From Candidatus Eiseniibacteriota bacterium (GTDB taxonomy: Bacteria; Eisenbacteria; RBG-16-71-46; CAIMUX01): 64,000 nucleotides of DNA. The notes beneath the pieces are model-generated. The model saw only the letters and a list, made by a program, of their open reading frames with translations. It was not told the DNA's origin and did no database searches. The stretch lies in the NCBI GenBank assembly GCA_903844735.1, contig CAIMUX010000087.1:4738-68737 (forward strand), given 5' to 3'. The first letter of the stretch is position 1. Each line of letters starts with the position of its first letter. Positions 1 to 10,037 of the stretch are shown here, piece after piece. A program made the position numbers and the translations under genes.

Positions 1-1693
1 TCGCGCGGCACCCGAACAACGATCCCGCCTTCCCCAATCGCACCCGGAGAGATGTCGCCGAGTTCCGTGCGTTGATCGCTGATCTGAAGACTCGCATCGT
101 CCAGCGAGATCCCCAAGATGACCCCGAAGGCCGGACCGGGCCCGGCGTTCTTGATGAAGACCTGGAGATCGATGACTTCCCCATTCTGAATGACTCCGTC
201 GCCGTTTCCGCTGGCCCGCCCTCCGCGGTCCTCCACCCGGACCTCTGCCACTTCGAGACGCGGACGTGTCAGACTCCGGACCTCCAAGTCCACAGGCACG
301 GCCATGGATGAGAACCCTCGGCTCTCCTCCATTGAGAAAACGAATCTGGCGTGCCCGTTGGCGACATCGGGATCTACCGCCACGGGTATGACCCACTTGG
401 CGCTTCGTCCGGGCTGGATGTTACCTGTTGTCACGGACGCCGCCACGTCCAGGGCGTCGTGGTCTTTGTTGATGCGAAGGACGGTGCCGTACGCGCAGCC
501 GGGGCCGGCGTTTGAGGCACGCACGGTGAAGGTCGCCTCCGTTTCGGCCCCATCGAGGGCATTGTTTGGAGTCGCGCAGGCACTATCACTGAATGCGATG
601 CTCAGCGTCAAATTGCACGGTTCATCCCGTCCCTGGGCAATTTCGGGGAGGGCGTCGACCAGCAGTGCTGCAGCGCCATTTTCGCCGCCCACTGCCATCA
701 GCTTCCCGTCGTTGCTAAATGATACGGACAGGAGCGCTCCACAACGTGATCTGAATACGTCGGTAGTGAAACGATCCTGATCGATTCCATAGAGAGTCAC
801 CGATCCCTTGCTCCCGCCGGCCAGAAGAAACCTTCCATCCGGGGTCAGATCGATGGAGGAAATCGACTGATCCGCGACCGGCTCGCGGGAGAGGAGGACG
901 CTTCCATCATGAAGGCCGACGGACACGATGCGGCCATCGTTTCCTCCCGAGAAGACCGACTCTCCAGTGACCTTCAATCCCGCGACAGCGCCCTTGTGGG
1001 CCGACCTGCGCCAGATTCTCTCTTCCGTTCCCGGTTTCCAGGCCGCTATCTCGCCGTCGGCCGACCCAGCGAGGAGGAGTTGACCGGAGGGATCGTAGGC
1101 AAGGGCCGTCGTGCTGCGCGAGGACGCAGAGATTGTGCGCACCAGATTGCAGGTCAGCGCATTGTCAGATGCCACAAGGAGATCATATTGCTGAACAATG
1201 CCGTTGCCGAAACCTATGGCGAGTTGTCTTCCGTCGGGACGGGCGGCAAAGGACGTCACTATGGTTTGCCCAGGAGTGAGTCGGCCGCATTGCCGATATG
1301 AACCCACATCCCAGAACCGGACCTCGCCGTCCCAGCTACCAGACACGAAAACGGTGCTGTTCGGCAACATGAGCAGGGTCCGCACATAGTCCGAATGCCC
1401 GAGCAGGCGGCCCAGGATCTCGCCCGACGGGACGGCGTGCACCGTGACATGGCTCTCGCTCGCGCAGGCCACGCGCTTCTCATCGAGTGCGAGTACAGCC
1501 CATACCGATTCGGCCGACTCCTGCAGCCAGGGCTTGCCTTGCCCCGAGGCTCCGTCCATGAGCTGCGAACTCGTGGACGCGGGTAGAAGCGACAACAGAG
1601 CGGCAAGGATTCCGACAACAGCGAGGGGCCGCGAGAGCCCACGCAAGAGCGTGGCCGGTATCGTCCTCGCAACTCGTCTCAGGCGGAACATGT
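1..1693 (-). CDS. WD40-repeat (beta-propeller) protein with N-terminal signal/anchor and C-terminal CARDB-like domains; partial, its C-terminus lies beyond the window start
   Basis: Reverse-complement translation from ATG at 1693 gives MFRLRRVARTIPATLLRGLSRPLAVVGILAALL..., followed by several WD40-like units (GSWDGEVRFWDV, SADGEIAAWK, GGNDGRIVSV), then GNGDGVIQNGEVIDL CARDB-like repeats. No stop before position 1; the six-frame track misses it because the ORF is open-ended. Confidence 0.6.
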
Positions 1694-1944
1694 TGGCCTC
1701 ACAGGTCCGACGTCGGGACCCCTTCCCACCAGACAGTGAATCCAATACCGAATGTCATGCCGCCAAGGGCGCGATAGTCATGCTCCAACCACTTCTGACG
1801 AACGTGGCTGAGGGCCGGCTTACGGCCGCGCCCGTCCAGAAAGAATCGATCTTCCAGCTCTCGAGGTCGCGGCGACCTCGAGTTTCCCTCTCGATCTCCG
1901 CGAGTGTTCCCTGCGCGGTTGTCAGATCCATGGATCCTCCTGGC

Positions 1945-4917
1945 TTACCAGGAGATCAGCGTTTCCCCGGCGTCCCGGAATAGGACGTAGGGAGTCTGCA
2001 CCACATTCCGGTTCTCGATGGCACGCTTCGGGACATTCGTCTGCAGGTAGTCCTGCATCTCCCAGCTTGTGATGCGTCGGTCGTGATTCGCATCTGCCCG
2101 TCCCTGGAGGGCCTCCAGAAGGCATCTCGTGAACACCCCGTGTCTACTCCCCTTGTCCCAGGCCGCGACCTGTCCTTCGTCGGTTGCCAGGAAGAGGTTG
2201 ATTCCCATGCGGACGGTGCCCGGTCGTGTGTCGATCATCTTCACCATGCTGACGTCGCTCACCAAGGGCTCCGGCGGACCGTCGTTGCTGAACACTTGGT
2301 TCGCGAAGCAGGCGTCCAGGAAGACCCAGACGCTTGCGGCCCCCACGTCTGCGACCATGTCGTAGAGTTCCTTCGTGGCGAGCGCGCTATCTTCAATGAA
2401 GTCGAGGTCGGCCTCAAACGGAAGAATGTACGACTGGTGATCGTTGAATCCGACCGATCCATGTCCCGAGAAGAAAAAGATACAGCGGGACTTCCCCGGG
2501 ACGATCAACTGCTTGACCTTGCGTAGCGCAATCCGAATCTGGTCCATGGTTGCCTCCGCATCGTTGAGACAGATGATGCGAGTCGCTGCAATCCCCATGG
2601 TCTGTTCGCAGTAGCGCTTGAAAGCCTTTGCATCCCGGACGGCGTACTCGACGGGGACGCGGGAGTTGCGATACGTCCGCACGCCGATCACGATCGCCAC
2701 GTCATCGGGTCCATAGACGGATCGGATGGTCGGATTCGGCAGATCGACATCGTCGATGACCGGCATCGGAGCGGCCTCGCCACGACTGTCGACGGAGTAC
2801 GCACCGATCCTCTCGAAGAACCCTTCCGGAATCTCAGCCCCCGGCTCGACTACCCCCGTCGTCGCCCGGGCCCCGACAACAGATATCGGCTGGTTCAAGC
2901 GAAGCGAGGAAAAATTCTGCTGCGTGACGTTCAACCTGTACTCAATCGACTCGGTGGCCAGAGCGCTGGGGATGGGGTCCAGTGTGAAGGCCTGGTTCCA
3001 CTGACTCTCGGGTTCGAGATTGCCGACGGTGTAGTCCTTCTTGAACCTGTAGACTTGGGGAGTCCCGTTCGACGTGGTGTAGGGCCTCTCCGCCTCCAGC
3101 GTCACGACCACGTCGCGTGCCATCAACGTCCCCTGGTTCGTGAGGATCGCCATGAGCTTGCCAGGACGGCCGAGTTCGAGGGGTCTCCCGTTGCTCGTGA
3201 GGAGGGAGATCGCCAGCTCCGGGCGGCGGATCTCGGCGGGAATGTACTCCTCCTTCCTCGCGCGCGGGTTCCCTTCGGAGGAGAGAGAGAAGACCAGCGT
3301 GGCTTCGGACTTGTCGTAGGACGGTGAAAGGGCGACCGTAATGCTCGTGATCGGACTGGTGGCGCCCTCGGGGATTCGCCCGAGAGCGATCTGGGCGGGG
3401 TCGATCTCGATGCCCGGGTCCGCCGTGATCGTGCATGCGCACTCGATGGCGTCCAACCCTCCATCATTGCTGACGGCAAACGCGATGTGTCCGGTCTCGC
3501 CGTTTCGGATCTTTTCCGGCCTTTCTTTGATGATCAGGGCAAGCTGCTCCGCGGCGGTTTGGATGTCAATCGGCCCCCTCGTTGCCTCGACCCCACCGAG
3601 GCGCTCCTCGTGGACGGCGAGGCTCCATTCCAGGCGGGTGCCCTGGATCCGCCGGTCGAGCGCAATTCCGTAACGTAGCATGACTTTGTCGTTGGCGATG
3701 AGCTGGGCGATGGTTGGCGCCCGACCTGTGAGAGTCGCCCCGGCGGTGTCTAGTCGCAACTCCGGTAGAAGTCCGAACGCGGGACCCTTGCCGATGTTCG
3801 TCAGTGGGATGGTCAGCTCGATTGTTTCGCCGTTTTGGACAACGCCATCTCCGTTACCGTCCGCCAGGCCGCTACCCCCGTCACTGATCGTCGGTACCCC
3901 GAACTCCAGCTTTGGAGGAGCCGGGACCCGCACGGGCACGGTCAGCCTGAACGGAGGGCTGTTGTAACCGCGTCCCTCTTCGGCGATGAACTCGAGGTCA
4001 GCTTGGTCACCCAGGAGCGCCCTGGAGGCCTTAAGGGTGACGTTGATGGTCTCTTCTCCATCCTTCGGGATGATGCGGAACTCCTGGACCGGGGCCTCGA
4101 TCTTGATCTCTGGATTGCTGCATGTCCAACGGAGCCGTATGTCCGTGGCCGAACCAGGTCCGGCGTTGCGGATGCGAACGCCGATGACCGCTTCCTCGGC
4201 TGGCTCAAGCGCATTGTCCGGGAAGTACGGGCCGTCGCCCTGCAACTCGGCCAGGATGTCCATCGCACACCCGCCGGGAGTCATCCCGCGGGAGGCGTCG
4301 GAGCAGAGAGCGACAGCCCGTTTCAGTGGTGCTTCATAATTTGCCTTCTGGAGCCTCGGGATCATGGACCCATTGATCGGCATCAGCCACGGAGCGGCGT
4401 CCTCAAACTCACAATTCACGATGGCTCCAACGATCCCGCTGGGAACAATGGTGACAATCGCCCATGGCCAATCGAAAAGGGCGCCCATCGTCATGAGAAC
4501 GGTGTACTTGTGGCCTTTCACCTCATCGACCGCGAGCAACTCGCCCGACGTGAGATTGACGGTGGTAATGCGGACCACTCGACCGGTTCCGAAGGCAGCA
4601 TGCTCGATGTGGATGAGAAATCTGGCGTGTCCAGACAGCGCGCGTATGGCGTCCTCAAGAATATCGTCGTCCTGAATGAACATGACGGTTCTGGGCACTG
4701 CGGCCTTCGTGATGACCTTCTTGAAATCGAAATACCACCCTTTCTGCTCCGGCTGATCCAGAGAGTCGCGGACGACGACGATGTCGTAGGGCGCTTTCGA
4801 CATGGAGCCGCGGACAAACTCGATCGACGAGTAGTTGAGGTCCTTGGTCATCTGCTTGCCACAACCCGAGAAGAGAACCAGTCCTAAAGCGAAGAATATC
4901 ACAACGTGCCGCTTCAC
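1945..4917 (-). CDS. Caspase-domain (peptidase C14, HetF/metacaspase-like) lipoprotein with central CARDB-like repeats
   Basis: 990 aa ORF with lipoprotein signal MKRHVVIFFALGLVLFSGCG. The C-terminal region carries the caspase His/Cys dyad context FFFSGHGS ... FLDACFA. The central part has GNGDGVVQNGETIELT CARDB-type repeats. Confidence 0.75.
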   Translation of the reverse strand: MKRHVVIFFALGLVLFSGCGKQMTKDLNYSSIEFVRGSMSKAPYDIVVVRDSLDQPEQKGWYFDFKKVITKAAVPRTVMFIQDDDILEDAIRALSGHARFLIHIEHAAFGTGRVVRITTVNLTSGELLAVDEVKGHKYTVLMTMGALFDWPWAIVTIVPSGIVGAIVNCEFEDAAPWLMPINGSMIPRLQKANYEAPLKRAVALCSDASRGMTPGGCAMDILAELQGDGPYFPDNALEPAEEAVIGVRIRNAGPGSATDIRLRWTCSNPEIKIEAPVQEFRIIPKDGEETINVTLKASRALLGDQADLEFIAEEGRGYNSPPFRLTVPVRVPAPPKLEFGVPTISDGGSGLADGNGDGVVQNGETIELTIPLTNIGKGPAFGLLPELRLDTAGATLTGRAPTIAQLIANDKVMLRYGIALDRRIQGTRLEWSLAVHEERLGGVEATRGPIDIQTAAEQLALIIKERPEKIRNGETGHIAFAVSNDGGLDAIECACTITADPGIEIDPAQIALGRIPEGATSPITSITVALSPSYDKSEATLVFSLSSEGNPRARKEEYIPAEIRRPELAISLLTSNGRPLELGRPGKLMAILTNQGTLMARDVVVTLEAERPYTTSNGTPQVYRFKKDYTVGNLEPESQWNQAFTLDPIPSALATESIEYRLNVTQQNFSSLRLNQPISVVGARATTGVVEPGAEIPEGFFERIGAYSVDSRGEAAPMPVIDDVDLPNPTIRSVYGPDDVAIVIGVRTYRNSRVPVEYAVRDAKAFKRYCEQTMGIAATRIICLNDAEATMDQIRIALRKVKQLIVPGKSRCIFFFSGHGSVGFNDHQSYILPFEADLDFIEDSALATKELYDMVADVGAASVWVFLDACFANQVFSNDGPPEPLVSDVSMVKMIDTRPGTVRMGINLFLATDEGQVAAWDKGSRHGVFTRCLLEALQGRADANHDRRITSWEMQDYLQTNVPKRAIENRNVVQTPYVLFRDAGETLISW

Positions 4918-5020
4918 CGCATCCCTCCAGTTTCGATCTCCCTGCCTCGATCGGAGACATAGAGTAGAAAACGGCCCGATGAGAGCAGCAGGAAGAGAAG
5001 TAGGGCGGCTGACGCAAGCC

Positions 5021-6226
5021 TCATTGATGATTTCCTGAAATGGCTCTCAGCCGCGCCAACACAAAGAGCGCCTCGGTGCCGGAGACATCTCCCGTGGGAT
5101 TGAATGCGCCCTTCAGGTCCCCTGACATGAGTCCGCGTGTGGTCACCACCTTGATGGCGTTCAGGGCGTAATGATCGCTCGGAACATCCCGGAACTCCGA
5201 TGCCGTTCCCACGAATCGGGTGGGGAGTCGGTCGTCATCGGCGATCCGTGTCAGAACCGACTCCAGGACCCTCGCGAAGTCCGCGCGCGAGATCGGCGCA
5301 AGGGGCAGGAAGTTTCCGTCCGGTGCCCTATCAAGCAGGCCGAACCCGAGCACCTTGTCGACATACAGCCGCGACCACCGACCCTCCAAGACGTCAGGAG
5401 GACGCGCCGCCGCGCCAGGGGTGATCGTCGCCGCCCCGCCGGGAGGGCGGAAGATCACCTGAGCGGATGGAGCGCTCCCGAATAGGTGGTCCAGGTCCAG
5501 TTCCTCAACCAGAAGGGCCGCCAGGTCCTCACGCGTGATGGCGGTCTTCGCGGCCACCTGGACGTATTCCGGAGGGGCACCCTTCGTTGCCGCTGCCTGC
5601 CGGGCCAGGCTGAGCAGCGCCTCCGTCGCCCTTTGATCGCCGGGGGCGAGTGCGAGAATGGCTCCGTACGAATCCCATGCATCCTGGGGAAGATTCAGCG
5701 CCTCCTGGACCTTCCCGATCCAATAGAGTCCATCGACGTTCTTGGGGTCCCGCTTGAGGGCCCCGGTCAGCGTCTTCTGCGCCTGCTCCGGTTTTCCCTC
5801 TGCGAGCTGCAGCCGGCCTTTGGCAATGATCGAGGCCGGATCGGAGCCGTCCAGCTTCAGTGCGCGGTCAATCGCCTTCTTGGCCGCGCGGAGGTCGCCC
5901 GACTCGATGCAAGCCAGACCAAGACCCCGGTGGCCGGGGGCGAACTGGTGATCGAGACCGACCGACCGTTCGAACTCGATCCGTGCAGCGGACGGGCGCC
6001 CGGCATCGAGTTCCGCCATTCCGCGAGAATAGGCGGTGGAAGGTGTGTCTAGAATCGACTCCGGGTGGACCATCACCTTCGGTGCGCAGCCGGCGAGCGG
6101 CAGCAGGACAAAGAAGGCAACAAGGCCTGCGAATCGCAGGGAACTGCATTTGAACCTGAGCACGGGATCTCTCCTTCTTTTGGGCGCCCATGCGAAGGCA
6201 AGGCGGTGTCCAGGGGCCCGGGTCAT
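5021..6226 (-). CDS. TPR-repeat lipoprotein with C-terminal SLH-like domain
   Basis: 401 aa with hydrophobic segment LVAFFVLLPLAGC and TPR-like repeats (LGLACIESGDLRAAKKAIDRALKLD ...). The C-terminus ADFARVLESVL...FRDVPSDHYALNAIKVVTTRGLMSG resembles S-layer homology. Its start overlaps the stop of the upstream gene (ATGA at 6223-6226). Confidence 0.55.
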   Translation of the reverse strand: MTRAPGHRLAFAWAPKRRRDPVLRFKCSSLRFAGLVAFFVLLPLAGCAPKVMVHPESILDTPSTAYSRGMAELDAGRPSAARIEFERSVGLDHQFAPGHRGLGLACIESGDLRAAKKAIDRALKLDGSDPASIIAKGRLQLAEGKPEQAQKTLTGALKRDPKNVDGLYWIGKVQEALNLPQDAWDSYGAILALAPGDQRATEALLSLARQAAATKGAPPEYVQVAAKTAITREDLAALLVEELDLDHLFGSAPSAQVIFRPPGGAATITPGAAARPPDVLEGRWSRLYVDKVLGFGLLDRAPDGNFLPLAPISRADFARVLESVLTRIADDDRLPTRFVGTASEFRDVPSDHYALNAIKVVTTRGLMSGDLKGAFNPTGDVSGTEALFVLARLRAISGNHQ

Positions 6227-6918
6227 GAGTAAATTGCCATCATTCTCTGCAAGTATATGCTGGCGAGGAGCTTCGCCAGTACGAGGGCAATGAGAACGAC
6301 AAAAACGACAGGCGTCTTGAGCTTCGAGAAGACCGTCTGAGCTATCCAGAGGAGAGTGAAGATCAAGTCAAGAGCCATCGCGATCGCTCCCAGGTTCGCG
6401 GCGTTCACATTGACGCCCATGGGCAGGACTACCGCGGTCTTCAAGTTTCGTGCGGCCCACTCAAGCTTCACGAGCGCGTCGCTATGGTCGCTGCTGGCCT
6501 CGTCGATGTGTCTGAGATGTTGAAAGGCTTTGGACGCGTCCCCCGTCTCCACATAGATGGAGCCCAGGTGGTAGTGCGCCTTCTGCACGTATGGGCTGGT
6601 CGGCAGGTACTCCGTGACCAGATCTTCCAACGGGCCGATCGCCGCCGTCTTGTTTCTCTGGAAGATGAGCCTGACCTCCCCCAGTTGCAGCAATGCATAC
6701 TGACGCAACTCCTCGTTTCCCGCTTCGCGAAGGGTGGCCTCCAGCCTTCCGGCGACCTCGTCGTATTTCCCCTCGCGAAGAAGGTCATCAACCGCGGAGC
6801 GTAGTGTGCTGAGATCCTCAACGCGGGACGGTGCGGGCACGATTCTGCTCGGTGCGGCCAGAAAGGGGGTCAGCATGAAAACAAGGAGAAACAACCCGTA
6901 GCGAGTGTGCCGGTTCAT
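6223..6918 (-). CDS. TPR-like secreted/membrane protein with C-terminal transmembrane helices
   Basis: 231 aa with signal MNRHTRYGLFLLVFMLTPFLAAPS, TPR-like helices and a hydrophobic C-terminal tail (LGAIAMALDLIFTLLWIAQTVF...VVFVVLIALVLAKLLASIYL). Translationally coupled to 5021-6226. Confidence 0.5.
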   Translation of the reverse strand: MNRHTRYGLFLLVFMLTPFLAAPSRIVPAPSRVEDLSTLRSAVDDLLREGKYDEVAGRLEATLREAGNEELRQYALLQLGEVRLIFQRNKTAAIGPLEDLVTEYLPTSPYVQKAHYHLGSIYVETGDASKAFQHLRHIDEASSDHSDALVKLEWAARNLKTAVVLPMGVNVNAANLGAIAMALDLIFTLLWIAQTVFSKLKTPVVFVVLIALVLAKLLASIYLQRMMAIYS

Positions 6919-6943
6919 GAGAGATGCGCCTCCCCAACCATTG

Positions 6944-8044
6944 CTACCGATACAACGGCATTCGGCCGTAGACCTTCCCGATATAGGCTTGCGTCTCAGA
7001 CGGCGTATGGGATTCCAGCAGCCGCAAAATGGAGCCGGGACTCACCCCCGCCAGATCCTCCAGGCCAAACCCCGCGCCGCGTAGGGCCCGCTCGACGTTC
7101 GCCGGGCCGCAGTTGTAACCCGCGATGACGAGATGGGTGTTCTTCTCGTCCTCCTGCGTGTTCCCGAAGTAGACGTCGCGAAGAAGCTTGAGATAGGTCG
7201 TTCCGACGAGCACGTTGTGTTCGGGACGGTACAGATCCTCCGCCGCCGGCTTGCCGCCAGGCAGATCGAGGAACCGGTAGGCATCCGCTCCCGCCATAGC
7301 GGGGACGACCTGCATCAGTCCGTAGGCAGGGACGGATGACCGCGCCAAAGGGTTGAACGCCGACTCCGTGTGGATGATCGCCATCACGAGGGCGGGAGAA
7401 AGGGCGTACCTCGAAGCGTGCCGCTGGACAATGGGGGCACAGATTTCCGCCCTATGACGCAGGTGCCCGTCCGCGAGGCGAATCGTGACGGCGCGGCGAA
7501 GCCTCTTCACGTGGTCCGCTCCGACGATCACCGTCGGTGGCTCGACCTTCGTGAGAAGGCTGTCACGAACATAGGTCCGCGCCTCGCCGCTCGAGAGATA
7601 CCGATCGCCCTTCCACTTGATCTGATTGGCCAACGGCACCTCACCCGAGGGGTTGTTGTTCGAAAGGACCCGGGTGAGTTCTGTCGCCAGGCGATCCTCC
7701 AGGATCTGGCGATCGGAGGACGGCTCGACCAGAACCTCCAGACGAACCTCGCCGTTCTCGAAGTCCACCTGAGAGTGACCATTCAAGCCGGCGCTGTAGC
7801 TCGACCAAACCTTCTGGGTGGACTCGTCGAAGGCCCCCCACACACCCTCGACCTCGCGGGCAAAGGCTTGAAACGCGGCGTCGGTTTCGGCGAGGTAACC
7901 GCGATAGTCCCCTTCCATTCTGGCGCTGAGGGAGTCGAATGCAGTGTCGATCTCCCGAAACGGATCGGGAGGAGGCTGAGCGCCCGCGGACGAAAAGCCA
8001 ACTACGCACGCAAGCGTGGCCAGCAGCAATCGAGACGTGGCCAT
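6944..8044 (-). CDS. Membrane-bound lytic murein transglycosylase (MltC-like; SLT domain)
   Basis: SLT catalytic motif ALVMAIIHTESAFNPLARSSVPAYGLMQVVP. The true start is probably the internal Met giving signal peptide MATSRLLLATLACVVGFSSAGAQ (ATG ending at 8044), rather than the 8179 ORF start, which overlaps the upstream gene. Confidence 0.75.
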   Translation of the reverse strand: MATSRLLLATLACVVGFSSAGAQPPPDPFREIDTAFDSLSARMEGDYRGYLAETDAAFQAFAREVEGVWGAFDESTQKVWSSYSAGLNGHSQVDFENGEVRLEVLVEPSSDRQILEDRLATELTRVLSNNNPSGEVPLANQIKWKGDRYLSSGEARTYVRDSLLTKVEPPTVIVGADHVKRLRRAVTIRLADGHLRHRAEICAPIVQRHASRYALSPALVMAIIHTESAFNPLARSSVPAYGLMQVVPAMAGADAYRFLDLPGGKPAAEDLYRPEHNVLVGTTYLKLLRDVYFGNTQEDEKNTHLVIAGYNCGPANVERALRGAGFGLEDLAGVSPGSILRLLESHTPSETQAYIGKVYGRMPLYR

Positions 8045-8052
8045 CGGCCGCG

Positions 8053-9102
8053 TCAGTCCACGACGAAAACGACGCGGCATTCCTGAAGAAAGGGCCGGAT
8101 CGTGTCCGCAGCCATTACCCGTGCCGCGTCGACCGGCTTCAACAGGACGGTGCCGCTGGCCGAACCCATCGTTCCGCACGCTTTGACGAGGAGGGGCTTC
8201 GAGCCGACGCGATCGGCAGACACCGTCTCGGGGCTCTTGGCCCAGCCAGCAATGCCGATCTGCGATACGTACTTCGGATCGACGGCGAGAACCCCGTACA
8301 CCTGCCTGCCCTCCTGGCCCTCAATGAAGACCTGCGGCGAGGCCACAGGGCGCATGAAATAGCCCCTCGTATCTACAACCAGACCGGTGTGGGTCGCCAA
8401 CTCCGGCTCGGTCGCCTTCAGAGCCTGGACGGCCCCCTCAGGCGGTCTCTCCGCCTGCTTGATCCCGATCTTCTTGTACTCATCCCGCAAGGTCGGCAGC
8501 ATGCGCGCCAGGATCCCCTCGTTGGGGTGCTCCTTGTTATAGAGCAGCAGCGCAATCGAGACCTCAGAGATCGCGATCGAGCTGTTTCTCTTGGCTGGAT
8601 GTTCCTCCTGGCGGAACGTCTCGCTCAGAATGGGACCAGTGCGCACAAGCTCAGGAGGCACGCTGATACTGATCTTCCATTTGTTCATGATGGCGTTCTT
8701 CTCGTCAAAGCTCCCGCCAGCTACCTGGCGGAGCCCTCGCTTCTCGATCTCATCTTCCCGACCGACGATGACCCCGTTCAGGAACTCCCGGGCCTTGACG
8801 TAGGCATAGTCACGGGCCTCCATCTTCAGGCCTTCCTCATCCATGAGGTCTTCGGACCTTGCGATTCCCTTGAACACCATCATCCCGTTTGACCAGTTGA
8901 CGAGCACGTCGGACGAGGATCCCGATTCCTCGAACGTGTAATGGGCCTTGGTCAGGTCGGTCTCATCCGTCTTGTAGGAGTCTGCCGATCCCCAGATGGC
9001 TCGCACGGCTTCGTCCCCGACCTGGGCCGCAGCGGACGCGGCCACGCAGCAAAGGACAATCAAGAGTCGCAGAAGAATCGCCACGATACCCTCCTTCATC
9101 AC
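8053..9102 (-). CDS. Secreted hypothetical protein
   Basis: 349 aa ORF with signal MMKEGIVAILLRLLIVLCCVAASAAAQ. Same strand and tightly spaced with neighbours (4-nt overlap with 9099-10037). No domain recognised by eye. Confidence 0.5.
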   Translation of the reverse strand: MMKEGIVAILLRLLIVLCCVAASAAAQVGDEAVRAIWGSADSYKTDETDLTKAHYTFEESGSSSDVLVNWSNGMMVFKGIARSEDLMDEEGLKMEARDYAYVKAREFLNGVIVGREDEIEKRGLRQVAGGSFDEKNAIMNKWKISISVPPELVRTGPILSETFRQEEHPAKRNSSIAISEVSIALLLYNKEHPNEGILARMLPTLRDEYKKIGIKQAERPPEGAVQALKATEPELATHTGLVVDTRGYFMRPVASPQVFIEGQEGRQVYGVLAVDPKYVSQIGIAGWAKSPETVSADRVGSKPLLVKACGTMGSASGTVLLKPVDAARVMAADTIRPFLQECRVVFVVD

Positions 9103-10037
9103 TTGGCTAGGACGACGAGAGGCACGGCTTTCATGATCCTCTCGCTGGGTCGAATCGAATGGATCTTGGCGTAGAGGTCACTGAACAGCTCCTCGGATAG
9201 CTGGGAAAAGTAAAACTCACCGCCGTCGTTCATCGTTCCGTTCCCCTTGGGATCGAGGAACAGGAACGGTTGCTTGGTGGCGATCACGCACATCTCCTCT
9301 TTGCTCATCTTCCGTTTCTCCGGCAGATAGGCCACGAGAGCGATGTGTGGATCCTCCGTTGATTCCGGAAAGCTGAAGGTGGAACCCGCGGAAACAGGCG
9401 CCTGCTCCTTGGTCCTGGCGTTGGGATAGAGCTGGTAGAAGACGGGGTTGCCTTCGTCGTCTGGAGTGATGTCGAGGATCGTGAGATAACAGTCGCGCGT
9501 CGGACGGACGTCAACCGTGAATCTCTCGCCGTCGTGGAGGGTCATCTGGTTGTTCCCATGTTCTGTTTCGATCGAGACATCCAGCGTGAAGTACTCGTCA
9601 ATCGATGCCTTATCGTCGCATGAGCATCGGGCGCAGAGGCGGACCAAGCACTTGACGGATGTTCGTCCCTCGACCACGACGGTGTCCTGAAGGACTCTCT
9701 TTTCGACGACCCATCCGTAGGAGTTGATGTTCAGGGCTTGGAAGCTGAAAGACTCGTCCTTGTGCTTAGCGTACCAGCGCTCCGACTGGGCGCGAACGCC
9801 GCACTGTTCCTCGACGGCCTTGCCTTCTGCCAGCCGCAATGCTGAATTGTGCGCCTGCTCCACGGCTGTCTGGTTGAGGTCGCCGACCGTGACCTGACTG
9901 CTGGCTTCGACTCGGCTCCATCCGTCGGGACAGTCTTGCAGGTTCGAGGCTGCGCTCTGTGCGCCACATCGTTGAGCGGCCAGAACCGATATCACAAGGA
10001 GCACCATCCTGAGCCCGCAGCAAATGCGATCCTTCAC
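9099..10037 (-). CDS. Secreted Cys-containing hypothetical protein
   Basis: 312 aa with signal MKDRICCGLRMVLLVISVLAAQRCGAQ and 4-nt overlap with the downstream gene. Function unknown. Confidence 0.5.
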   Translation of the reverse strand: MKDRICCGLRMVLLVISVLAAQRCGAQSAASNLQDCPDGWSRVEASSQVTVGDLNQTAVEQAHNSALRLAEGKAVEEQCGVRAQSERWYAKHKDESFSFQALNINSYGWVVEKRVLQDTVVVEGRTSVKCLVRLCARCSCDDKASIDEYFTLDVSIETEHGNNQMTLHDGERFTVDVRPTRDCYLTILDITPDDEGNPVFYQLYPNARTKEQAPVSAGSTFSFPESTEDPHIALVAYLPEKRKMSKEEMCVIATKQPFLFLDPKGNGTMNDGGEFYFSQLSEELFSDLYAKIHSIRPSERIMKAVPLVVLAK

